A DNA stretch of 36,056 bases from a bacterium (lineage in GTDB: Bacteria > Patescibacteriota > Minisyncoccia > Moranbacterales > UBA2206). The notes beneath the pieces were generated by a model that was not told the DNA's origin, made no database searches, and saw only the letters and a list, made by a program, of their open reading frames with translations. Location: assembly GCA_021779205.1 (NCBI GenBank), contig JAJYBE010000002.1, positions 1 to 36,056 of the forward strand, given 5' to 3'. This document shows positions 18,314 to 26,369 of this stretch, piece by piece (position 1 is the stretch's first letter; every line of letters begins with the position of its first letter). Both the position numbers and the translations under genes were made by a program.

Positions 18314-18862
18314 ATGCGAGAAAAAAATAAAAAGAAATATGCCGGTTTTTCTCTTTTGGAGATGGTTATCGCTATGAGTATTTTTGTTATAGTGGTAATG
18401 GTTGCGACGATTTCTTTTTCAAATGCTTTTTTTTCTGGACAAAAAACAGAAACAGTGCGAAAAAATTTGGAAAATGGCAGGGCGGCAATAGAAACAATGG
18501 CAAAAAATATTCGGATGAGCAGAAAACTTGTTGGAATAACGAATGGGATAAAGATGTTTAATAATTCTCAAGGAAAATGCATTGCGTATGTTTTTGGCAG
18601 TGGAAAATTGCAGAGTGTCGTTTATGCCCCTAGCGATATTGAAACAGACTCTACTTTTCCAACTTGCTCCGATCCTAATATGAGCAATGCTTCTGATTTG
18701 ATTTCATCCGGAGTCAGTGGTTCCTTTTCGATAGTCCAAACTTCAATAGTCACTCCTAAAAAAATAGGCAAGGCGACTATTTTGATAAAAATCGGAGCTG
18801 GCAGTAATATTCAGTATATGCAAACAACCGTTTCCTTTCGTGATTTTAGAGGTGTTTTATAA
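18314..18862 (+). CDS. Type IV minor pilin, PilW-like (cassette 2)
   Basis: KYAG|FSLLEMVIAM; AIETMAKNIRMS; QTTVSFR, paralogous to 14751..15221. ATG 18314 preferred. Confidence 0.8.
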   Translation: MREKNKKKYAGFSLLEMVIAMSIFVIVVMVATISFSNAFFSGQKTETVRKNLENGRAAIETMAKNIRMSRKLVGITNGIKMFNNSQGKCIAYVFGSGKLQSVVYAPSDIETDSTFPTCSDPNMSNASDLISSGVSGSFSIVQTSIVTPKKIGKATILIKIGAGSNIQYMQTTVSFRDFRGVL

Positions 18863-18880
18863 AGGTGGTTCAATAAAATT

Positions 18881-19303
18881 ATGTCAAAAAAGATAAAATA
18901 TAAAGCATCGGCGCTTGTCATCACGATGATAATTTTAGGAATTATGCTGGTTGCAGCTCTTTCCACTTCCATTGTCTCGATTCGAGAAAAAAAAGCATCA
19001 ATGGGCGAAAATATTTCCGGACAAGCCTTTCAAGATGCTCAAAGCGGAGTGGAATTGGTAATGCGAAATATTCTAACCGGAGGACTCACAACAGTTAATC
19101 AACTTTCTAATTGTGAAAAAAATATTTCATCTTCAAATTACGGGTTTATTATTGATGCTAGTGTTCCATATAATGTTGAGCTTGAAGATATTAGCGGCAA
19201 CAAAATAAATTGTGATTCTACGGCTCTGATTTCCAGTATTGCTTCGCTTAAATCAGCGGGAACTTCCGGCGATAGCCAAAGGGCGATTCAAGCAATAAGG
19301 TGA
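18881..19303 (+). CDS. Short PilX-like minor pilin (cassette 2)
   Basis: YKA|SALVITMII with no Glu5; AFQDAQSGVE; ends RAIQAIR. Confidence 0.75.
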   Translation: MSKKIKYKASALVITMIILGIMLVAALSTSIVSIREKKASMGENISGQAFQDAQSGVELVMRNILTGGLTTVNQLSNCEKNISSSNYGFIIDASVPYNVELEDISGNKINCDSTALISSIASLKSAGTSGDSQRAIQAIR

Positions 19304-19440
19304 TATAAAACGCCGATAATGCGTGCATATAATTCGGTAATTTTGAGTTATCGTTTTTTTTGATTTTTTTTATGCATTCTATCGCAGTTGTTTCTAGTAA
19401 AGTATTACAATTGATTATTGAACTTAGTGTAATCGGGCGT

Positions 19441-19469
19441 TTGACAAAAAGCGTGCTTAATGCTACAGT
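19441..19469 (+). promoter_or_regulatory. Sigma70-type promoter for the Wzz-like gene
   Basis: TTGACA (19441-19446), 17 nt, TACAGT (19464-19469) with an extended TG. Confidence 0.6.
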
Positions 19470-19505
19470 TAGCTGTTGAATTTTAATTATATTTAATGGA
19501 AAAAT

Positions 19506-20246
19506 ATGACATTGGAAATTTTTTTTAGATTGCTTAAAAACAATTTTAAAAATATCTTTTTAGTCGGGATATTTTTAGCAGCGGCATCTTTTGTCGTTTT
19601 AGTCTTCACGCAAAAGAATTATCGCGCCAGCACCGATCTTTTGCTTGTGCAAAATCAACAAGCGACAAGTGATTATTACGCATTGTCAAAATCAACGGAT
19701 TATTTGAGTGGAATTTTAATGGAAGCGGTGTATAGTGAAAAATTCTTGGAAGAAATTAAAAATGCTAATCTTGTTTCAACTAATTTTTTACCGACCAATG
19801 AAGCTGATCGCTTAAAAGAATGGCAAAGAATTGTGAAGTTGAAAAAAAATGCCAATGTTGGAATTATTACAGTGGATGTTTACGCTGATTCGCAAAAACA
19901 AGGAACGGAAGTTTCTAATGCGATAGTGAGTGTGCTGACTAATAAATATTCTCTTTTTTTGGGACAAGGGCAGAATATTGAAATTCGAGTCCTTAGCGGT
20001 CCGATTGTGGAAAAAAATCCAAGCGTCATTCAAATTTTGGCAGTTGTTTTTGGCGGTTTTATTATCGGATTCATATTGGCATTCATGTTTTTTTATTATA
20101 AGTCCGAACAAGCTGAAAAAGGAAGCGGTTTTGATATTTTTGGTAAAAATACTTTTACGCGTAATTTTTCCGGTAATGATAAAAAAAATGATTATTTTGA
20201 TGAAAAGGGTGATTATTGGAAAAGTAAATTGGCAGAAAAAAACTAG
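19506..20246 (+). CDS. Polysaccharide co-polymerase/chain-length determinant (Wzz/CapA/YveK-like)
   Basis: Two TM helices flanking an extracellular loop, YRASTDLLLV motif after TM1, and P.....PS before a Gly-rich TM2. Confidence 0.7.
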   Translation: MTLEIFFRLLKNNFKNIFLVGIFLAAASFVVLVFTQKNYRASTDLLLVQNQQATSDYYALSKSTDYLSGILMEAVYSEKFLEEIKNANLVSTNFLPTNEADRLKEWQRIVKLKKNANVGIITVDVYADSQKQGTEVSNAIVSVLTNKYSLFLGQGQNIEIRVLSGPIVEKNPSVIQILAVVFGGFIIGFILAFMFFYYKSEQAEKGSGFDIFGKNTFTRNFSGNDKKNDYFDEKGDYWKSKLAEKN

Positions 20247-20353
20247 AAATAATTGTTTTTTGTCCAGTTTCGTTTTTTCGAAATTGGCATAAGATGGTTA
20301 TGGAATGTTCGTTAAAAATTAAATGATGTTAAGTTAAAAAGGAGGAATGGCAG

Positions 20354-21178
20354 ATGAGAAAAATTCAAGAAATAGTATCGGTTGTTGTGGTAGCTGCCAT
20401 TTTTTCAAGTTGTGCGGCTACGAATATGAGGTTTAATGGGAATTTCAGCCAAGCTAATTTAAATATCCCAAAGGAGTATATGAAAAATTATGCTAACAAG
20501 GATATTTCAAAGATTGTGCTCGGTGATTTACTCATTGAGCCTTTTGACTCGGTGGGAGTTAAGGAGACCCCCGCACTTTTGCGGGGTGAGTTTAGCGTAT
20601 ATAAAGTACCATTTCCATTTCCTGAGGAGCTTAAAAATGAACGGTACATACCAGAAAGAATTAAGTGGTATGCAATTGTTCTGTCTCAAGGATTTGAATA
20701 TTTGGGGCAGTTGGTGGCATTTGGCGATGGCGAAACGGAGCTTTTAGTTGATATTGCTAAGGCATTGAAAAATGCTAAGGCATTGCTTTTATCGACAATG
20801 GCTGAAAAAGTTTATAGCATTAAGTTGGATGCGAAAGGTGTTAATGTCGATCGCGGAAGGCTAATGGCAGATGTGGCTTATCGGAAAGATTTGATTGAGA
20901 AATATGGCACCAATCTTTCGGAATTTAGGCCTTCGAATAAGCTAATCAATGAGATTAGCAAGTGGAATCGATTTGATTCTCCACGGGGATATATCTTAAC
21001 TCCGCTTGATGAAAAACGATTTGACGAAATAGTTTCAATTAACCCAGGGTACACCTATTCTCAGAGATTGGTTGGGCAGCCTTGGGTAATTTCGACCAAT
21101 CCAATCGGTATGATTTTACAAGATGTTATTGCAAATAATGTTGGTGCCGCTATGGGATCGCCCAACATGAAATGGTGA
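20354..21178 (+). CDS. Hypothetical lipoprotein
   Basis: Signal MRKIQEIVSVVVVAAIFSS|C with a lipobox-like Cys; strong SD GGAGG at 20341-20345. Confidence 0.65.
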   Translation: MRKIQEIVSVVVVAAIFSSCAATNMRFNGNFSQANLNIPKEYMKNYANKDISKIVLGDLLIEPFDSVGVKETPALLRGEFSVYKVPFPFPEELKNERYIPERIKWYAIVLSQGFEYLGQLVAFGDGETELLVDIAKALKNAKALLLSTMAEKVYSIKLDAKGVNVDRGRLMADVAYRKDLIEKYGTNLSEFRPSNKLINEISKWNRFDSPRGYILTPLDEKRFDEIVSINPGYTYSQRLVGQPWVISTNPIGMILQDVIANNVGAAMGSPNMKW

Positions 21179-21218
21179 TCAAATCAAAAAACTAAACTAA
21201 TACAGCAGGAGGATAAGC

Positions 21219-22859
21219 ATGAAAAAAATTAAAAGTTTTCTGATTATGGCAATCCTGCTGTGTATCGCTTGGCCAGCTCAGGCTAAGATATATACAGTAG
21301 TGCCGGGAGATACGCTCGGCAGAATTGCCAAGGCTAATGGATCTTCCATTTTCGAGCTTGCTCGGATCAATGGAATCAAGAATGTTAATATTATTATGGT
21401 CGATCAAAAAATAGAGGTTCCTGAAAAGGGAACTGAAAAAAATGATCGACGGAAAGTGTTTGCCGTGGGTCTTGGATATGCTCATGTATATAGACATGAA
21501 ATGGGTAATCCGTTTGCGCCTCGAGTGAATGGGGTGCAGAAAAAGCTGACCGCAAAGGAATACGCTCGTCACATGAGTAATATCATGAGACATGGCGTTT
21601 CACAAGAAGGTGCGCGGTCTATTTTGGCCGCAAAAGAAAATAACCTCTGCGCAGGAGATATTTACTTGCCAGATGGAACGATTGTAAAATCCGTTTCGTT
21701 TAGAAAGAATAAAGTTTGGACGGGCGGAGTTTTGATTGAGGTTAAATCCGGCGGAATCCATGCCAAGTTATGGAGGGCATGGACAGGTGAGATTATATTG
21801 GACGCACTGAACTGCGGAAATTATATCAGTCCTCGCGAGGTTTATGTGCCCAAGGGCAATCAAACCGTAGAGCAACAGGTAGAAGCTCAGCAGGAAAAAT
21901 CAACACCTGTTATTTTTCCGGAAATGACAGAAGCAGAAACTGAGAAACCTCCTTGCTCCAAGTGTCATGATGATTTGGAAACTGACACTGGAGTTTATTT
22001 AAGCAGTGGATTAGGAGGAGGAAAAGGCTCTATTAGAGGAAAAGGGGTTTTCGGCGAAATGATTTATTGGAAAAATTTTGCAGAAGATTGTTCCTCTGAA
22101 TATTATTGGGGGCTTGGTATATTGGGAAGCCTCTATGAGTATAATCTTTCCGATCTTCCAAGTCAGGGAGACGGTGGTCGTTTTGCCGGTCAGTTCGGAA
22201 TCAAGAGAGTTTGGGCTGACAAGGAAACCGGATTAGCTCGTCAGTGGATAGTCAAAGGGCGAGCGGGGTTTGAGCGGTCGCATTGGGAAAATCCCGATCG
22301 CGACTGGCATATTAACCAAGTTGGACCGGTTATTGGTGAATATGCGGAGTATCGCCGAGAACTGGTCTATGACACACTGTGGGGATTTGTCACGGTGGAA
22401 AGTTGGTTAGGACTTGGCAATCAAAGCATCGGAAGTAGTTTTTCCGATACAAGTCCGTCATCAAGAACCTATACCGAAGCCTTGGTAGGGCTCGACTATA
22501 AATTTGCTCGCACTTGGGTGTTGCGCGGATATGCCGGTCTTGATTATGAAGGCTGGGATTATTGGATGCCGGGAGTGGCCGGTGCTGAAGTTCGCCATGA
22601 GTTAAAAAATGATTGGGGAACGGTAGCACTGGGTGTGCAGGCAAAAATATATTCTGCGATAAATCCGGTGGGGCTGTTGTGTGTCAAATGGGAAATTACC
22701 AAACCAATTGAAAAGTGGTATGACAACCATCGGCAAAATGAAGTGAAATTGGTTGGCTATGGAATCGGTGGAAATCAATTTCAAAAAACCACCAAACAAA
22801 AAACCAACCAAGCGGATCATATGAAGGAAGTTATGAACTCCATAAGTTGTAAAAGGTAG
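21219..22859 (+). CDS. Secreted LysM-domain protein with a predicted beta-barrel-like C-terminal domain
   Basis: Signal peptide ending AQA; LysM YTVVPGDTLGRIAKANGSSIFELARINGIKNVNIIMVDQKIEVP; amphipathic Gly/aromatic strands in the C-terminal half; SD GGAGG at 21208-21212. Confidence 0.75.
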   Translation: MKKIKSFLIMAILLCIAWPAQAKIYTVVPGDTLGRIAKANGSSIFELARINGIKNVNIIMVDQKIEVPEKGTEKNDRRKVFAVGLGYAHVYRHEMGNPFAPRVNGVQKKLTAKEYARHMSNIMRHGVSQEGARSILAAKENNLCAGDIYLPDGTIVKSVSFRKNKVWTGGVLIEVKSGGIHAKLWRAWTGEIILDALNCGNYISPREVYVPKGNQTVEQQVEAQQEKSTPVIFPEMTEAETEKPPCSKCHDDLETDTGVYLSSGLGGGKGSIRGKGVFGEMIYWKNFAEDCSSEYYWGLGILGSLYEYNLSDLPSQGDGGRFAGQFGIKRVWADKETGLARQWIVKGRAGFERSHWENPDRDWHINQVGPVIGEYAEYRRELVYDTLWGFVTVESWLGLGNQSIGSSFSDTSPSSRTYTEALVGLDYKFARTWVLRGYAGLDYEGWDYWMPGVAGAEVRHELKNDWGTVALGVQAKIYSAINPVGLLCVKWEITKPIEKWYDNHRQNEVKLVGYGIGGNQFQKTTKQKTNQADHMKEVMNSISCKR

Positions 22860-23032
22860 TGGAATTTAATTTCCAAAACTTTAATTAGTTTTATTTAATT
22901 ATTCCACTGCCGAGAGGGTGGTTGAGCGTTCACACTGTCTGCAATATTTTGCAGGCTTTGAATGAATTGCGGGGATGATGAAGATAAAACGTATTAAATT
23001 TTTTGTGAAAAAATTCCTTGTGAAAAATTTAT

Positions 23033-23086
23033 CCATCGTTTGAAAATATTTAGGTATTGACAAACGATGGCGAATTGATATATTAT
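23033..23086 (+). promoter_or_regulatory. Promoter with an overlapping inverted repeat (possible operator)
   Basis: TTGACA (23057-23062) with TATATT/TATTAT 16-18 nt downstream; inverted repeat CCATCGTTTG (23033-23042) / CAAACGATGG (23061-23070). Confidence 0.55.
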
Positions 23087-23153
23087 GAAATGTTCGAGTA
23101 AGCATTGTGCTTCTCGACAAAAATAGAACCTTTAAAAAGGAAGGAGCGGAGTA

Positions 23154-23570
23154 ATGAAAAATATCATGATGAGTTTATTGATGGCAATTGCCATCACGGT
23201 AATCGCCGGTGTCGCTCACGCGACGCCAATTATGATTAACACGGATATAACCATCAGTGCCGATGATAACGCGGTTGTGACGGTTTCAGGGACAACGCGT
23301 CTTGTTAGAGCGGTTCAATATTGCTCGGATGAAGTAAATAATGAGATAGGGTGTCCCAAAAATGTTGTAACCCCATTGAAAAACAACAGCTTTCAATTGG
23401 ATATTGAAGGACTGCAGGCTAAACAGAATGTTTTCAACCTGCAGTATGAGAAATATAATGACTGGCTCTGGATTCCCAGCGCCAGAGTAAAAATCGGGAA
23501 AAACCTCAAGCTCATCAGGCTTGGGGGTGGTGCCGGAATTCAGTACACAGGGCCCATCCCCACCAAATGA
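23154..23570 (+). CDS. Small secreted hypothetical protein, beta-rich, two Cys
   Basis: Signal peptide ending AHA; SD AAGGAG at 23141-23146. Confidence 0.7.
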   Translation: MKNIMMSLLMAIAITVIAGVAHATPIMINTDITISADDNAVVTVSGTTRLVRAVQYCSDEVNNEIGCPKNVVTPLKNNSFQLDIEGLQAKQNVFNLQYEKYNDWLWIPSARVKIGKNLKLIRLGGGAGIQYTGPIPTK

Positions 23571-23649
23571 AAACCCGGCCGGGTGCTGTTTCATGATCCG
23601 GCCATAACTTTCAATTTTTAACCCGGACTGTTCAGTGAATAGTTCGGTC

Positions 23650-23692
23650 CAAGCCCCAAAAACCTAATGGTTTTTGGGGCTTGATTTTTTTT
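23650..23692 (+). terminator. Rho-independent terminator
   Basis: CAAGCCCCAAAAACC-TAAT-GGTTTTTGGGGCTTG (perfect 15-bp stem) followed by A and a T8 run. Confidence 0.85.
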
Positions 23693-23709
23693 GGGAAATA
23701 TGCTATGAT
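23681..23709 (+). promoter_or_regulatory. Extended -10 promoter for the glycan genes, overlapping the terminator
   Basis: TTGATT (23681-23686), 17 nt, TATGAT (23704-23709) preceded by TGc. Confidence 0.5.
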
Positions 23710-23745
23710 AGCGAGTTGTGAAAATAACAAGAATAGCACGAATTT

Positions 23746-25197
23746 ATGCTTAGGTTTAACCAAAAAAACCCAATCCAACCCGAAACAATCAGTGCAATTT
23801 TCAGTATTATTTTTTTGAGCTTATTTATTTTAGCTAATTTTTTTGTTGGTTTTATTTTGCCACTTTATCTATTGGCAGTGGGGGTTGCTTTTGTTTTAGC
23901 AGTAGCCTATCCGGCAAGTGGATTGTTCGTGTTGGTTTTTTTGACATTGATTTTTGAGCGCTTTTTTACTCTTTCACCACTAGTGCTTGGCAAAATAGAA
24001 TATAAAATATTTTTGCCGGATATTATTATTTTGGGAATGTTTTTGGGTTTATTTTTTAAATATTTCAAAAAAAATGGAAAGTTGTCAGGAAAAATACAGG
24101 CAATTGACAGCATCTTTGTGGCTTTTATAGGGCTCAATATTTTATATTATTTTTTAAGCGTTTATATCTTTAGTTCTGATGCTTATTTGTCTTTCAGTTC
24201 GCTTAAAAATTATGTTTTTTATAGTTTGCTTTATTTTTTGACTTATTTTGCCATAGATAATCGCGAGCGATTGAAGTGTTTTTTTAAATTTTATTTTACC
24301 GGAGCAATTTTAATTTTGGGTTTCGTCGTGTTTGGAATTTTTAACGGAGAAGGGTTATGGACAGAGTTTACACCTCTTTCCACTGAAGGCGTGCGAATTT
24401 TAGCTTTTCCTCACGGGCTTTATCTTAGTTTAATTTTTATTCCAGTGCTACTTTTTGCGATTTTTTACAAAAAAAAATGGCCGATCGTTCTTAGCTTAGT
24501 GTTCGCGGTGGGAATTTTAGGCACGATGATGCGTCATCTTTGGGTGGCTTTGGCGTTAGCCCTCGGCTTAGTTTATTATTTTTTGGAAAAAGAACAAAAA
24601 ATTGCCGGCAAAAAATTGATCGGGAAAATATTTTTTTCGTTTGCGATTTTTGGTTTATTATTTTTCTATACAGCCTTAATGTCTCCACAATCAAAGCTAA
24701 ACGATTTATTTTCCGGTGTTGGACAGGCTCTCTCGCAAAGAGGTATTTCTATTGCCAATGCCAATCAAGATGACAGTTTTATTTGGCGTGCGATTGTGTG
24801 GAAAAGCGTCTGGGAGAAATATCAGAAAAATTTAATATTTGGTATTGGTACCGGACAAGTTGTTTCTATGGAAAATGGAACATATCATGCTTTTGTTGAA
24901 ATCAGAAATGCGCATAATTCTTTTCTGGCGATTCTTGTGCAATTTGGAATTTTAGGTTTTGGCTTATTTGCCACTTTTATTTGGATGCATTTTAGAATGC
25001 TGATACGGGCGGATGATTTTAGGCATAATTTTTATAAGTTAGCGTTATTTAGCGTTTTAGTGGTCTATTTGGTGGCGTTTGCATTTCAGCCATATTTAGA
25101 AACAAATTTATTATCAATGTTTTTTTGGATCGGACTCGGACTTATTCGATCTATGCAAAAAGAAGGAAAAAATTATGAAAATTTTGGAGATAAATAA
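23746..25197 (+). CDS. O-antigen ligase/Wzy polymerase-like membrane protein
   Basis: About 12 TM segments; SFIWRAIVW, IFGIGTG, AHNSFLAILVQFGILG (Wzy_C signature). Confidence 0.8.
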   Translation: MLRFNQKNPIQPETISAIFSIIFLSLFILANFFVGFILPLYLLAVGVAFVLAVAYPASGLFVLVFLTLIFERFFTLSPLVLGKIEYKIFLPDIIILGMFLGLFFKYFKKNGKLSGKIQAIDSIFVAFIGLNILYYFLSVYIFSSDAYLSFSSLKNYVFYSLLYFLTYFAIDNRERLKCFFKFYFTGAILILGFVVFGIFNGEGLWTEFTPLSTEGVRILAFPHGLYLSLIFIPVLLFAIFYKKKWPIVLSLVFAVGILGTMMRHLWVALALALGLVYYFLEKEQKIAGKKLIGKIFFSFAIFGLLFFYTALMSPQSKLNDLFSGVGQALSQRGISIANANQDDSFIWRAIVWKSVWEKYQKNLIFGIGTGQVVSMENGTYHAFVEIRNAHNSFLAILVQFGILGFGLFATFIWMHFRMLIRADDFRHNFYKLALFSVLVVYLVAFAFQPYLETNLLSMFFWIGLGLIRSMQKEGKNYENFGDK

Positions 25198-26365
25198 ATA
25201 TAATTATGCTAAAGGTGGCGCGGATCGGCATTTTCTGGATGTTGTTTCGTTGCTTGAATCGGCCGGACACAATGTGGCGATTTTTTCGATGGAAAGTTCA
25301 AAGAATATTTTTTCGCCTTGGCAAAAATATTTTGTCAGCTATGTCGGATATAATAAAAATGATTCAACACTTTGGCAAAAAATCAAAGGCATATTCAGAA
25401 TGTTTTATTCTTTCGAAGCGAAAAATAAAATAAAAAAAATATTAGCGGATTTTCAACCGGAAGTCGCGCATTTTCATAATATTTATCATCAACTTTCTTT
25501 TTCAATTATTGGAGAAATAAAAAAGAAAAAAATTCCCTTGATAATGACGGTCCATGATTATGCGCTTATTTCTCCTGATCGTGAAGAATATCTTGAGGCG
25601 GTTGGCGAAAAATATTGGAAATTTATTTTTTTGAGTAAAAAATATACCGTATTCAAAAGAATGGTTTTGGTTTCAAAAAGTTACTTCGAAGATTTTATTG
25701 ACTGGAAAAGCGCGGTGGATGTATTTATTTCTCCCAGTCGATTTATGGCGGAAAAATTAATAAAAGCGGGAATTGCAAAAGATAAAATTGTTGTTGTTCC
25801 GCATTTTATTTTAAATATTACTTCTGATAACCGCTTGGAAAAAGAAGAAATTGACAATACTTCGGAACGGTACGCTTTTTATTTTGGCAGAATTTCTAAA
25901 GAAAAAGGTGTGCCGGAAATGCTGGATATTTTTAGGAAAGTTGGTAGAATAAAATTACTTTTAGCTGGAGAGATAGAGGATGACACTGAAATACCTTCAG
26001 ATGATCGGATAGTTTATTTGGGTTATCTGAATCAAAAACAACTCAAGGTATATATAAATAGAGCTGATTTTTGTGTATCATTTTCTCATTTGTCGGAAAT
26101 TTTCGGGCTTATCGCCTTGGAATCCATAAGTGCGGGAAAACCCTTTTTCGGGCTAAATAGTGGTGCTTTTGCGGAGATAATTGAACAAGGAAAATCCGGT
26201 TTTATTTGTGAAAATGTTTTTGAACTTGAAGCTAAAATCAGAGAGATAATTGAGGGAAAAATCAGTTTTTCCAAAAAAACGATAAAAGAAGGGGCATATG
26301 AAAAGTTTGGTCAAAAAAAATATTTGGAAAAATTAATAAATTTATTTAATTCGTTTATAAAATAA
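25175..26365 (+). CDS. Glycosyltransferase, GT4 family
   Basis: MKILEIN..GGAD, HFHNIY, TVHDY, FGRISKEKG, EIFGLIALES. Confidence 0.88.
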   Translation: MKILEINKYNYAKGGADRHFLDVVSLLESAGHNVAIFSMESSKNIFSPWQKYFVSYVGYNKNDSTLWQKIKGIFRMFYSFEAKNKIKKILADFQPEVAHFHNIYHQLSFSIIGEIKKKKIPLIMTVHDYALISPDREEYLEAVGEKYWKFIFLSKKYTVFKRMVLVSKSYFEDFIDWKSAVDVFISPSRFMAEKLIKAGIAKDKIVVVPHFILNITSDNRLEKEEIDNTSERYAFYFGRISKEKGVPEMLDIFRKVGRIKLLLAGEIEDDTEIPSDDRIVYLGYLNQKQLKVYINRADFCVSFSHLSEIFGLIALESISAGKPFFGLNSGAFAEIIEQGKSGFICENVFELEAKIREIIEGKISFSKKTIKEGAYEKFGQKKYLEKLINLFNSFIK

Positions 26366-26369
26366 AAAT

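Noticed and set aside
19304..19370. Terminator after the pilin cluster
   Set aside because: T tracts are present but the stem (ATAATTCGG/TTGAGTTAT) is weak and relies on G-U pairs.
20305..20320. boxA-like antitermination motif (TGTTCGTTAAAA; also GAACCTTTAAAA near 23126)
   Set aside because: Too degenerate to separate from chance in AT-rich DNA without a genome-wide motif search.
22899..23120. 73-aa minus-strand ORF in the island spacer
   Set aside because: No SD or motif; it runs across the promoter and dyad of the next gene, so it is more likely non-coding.
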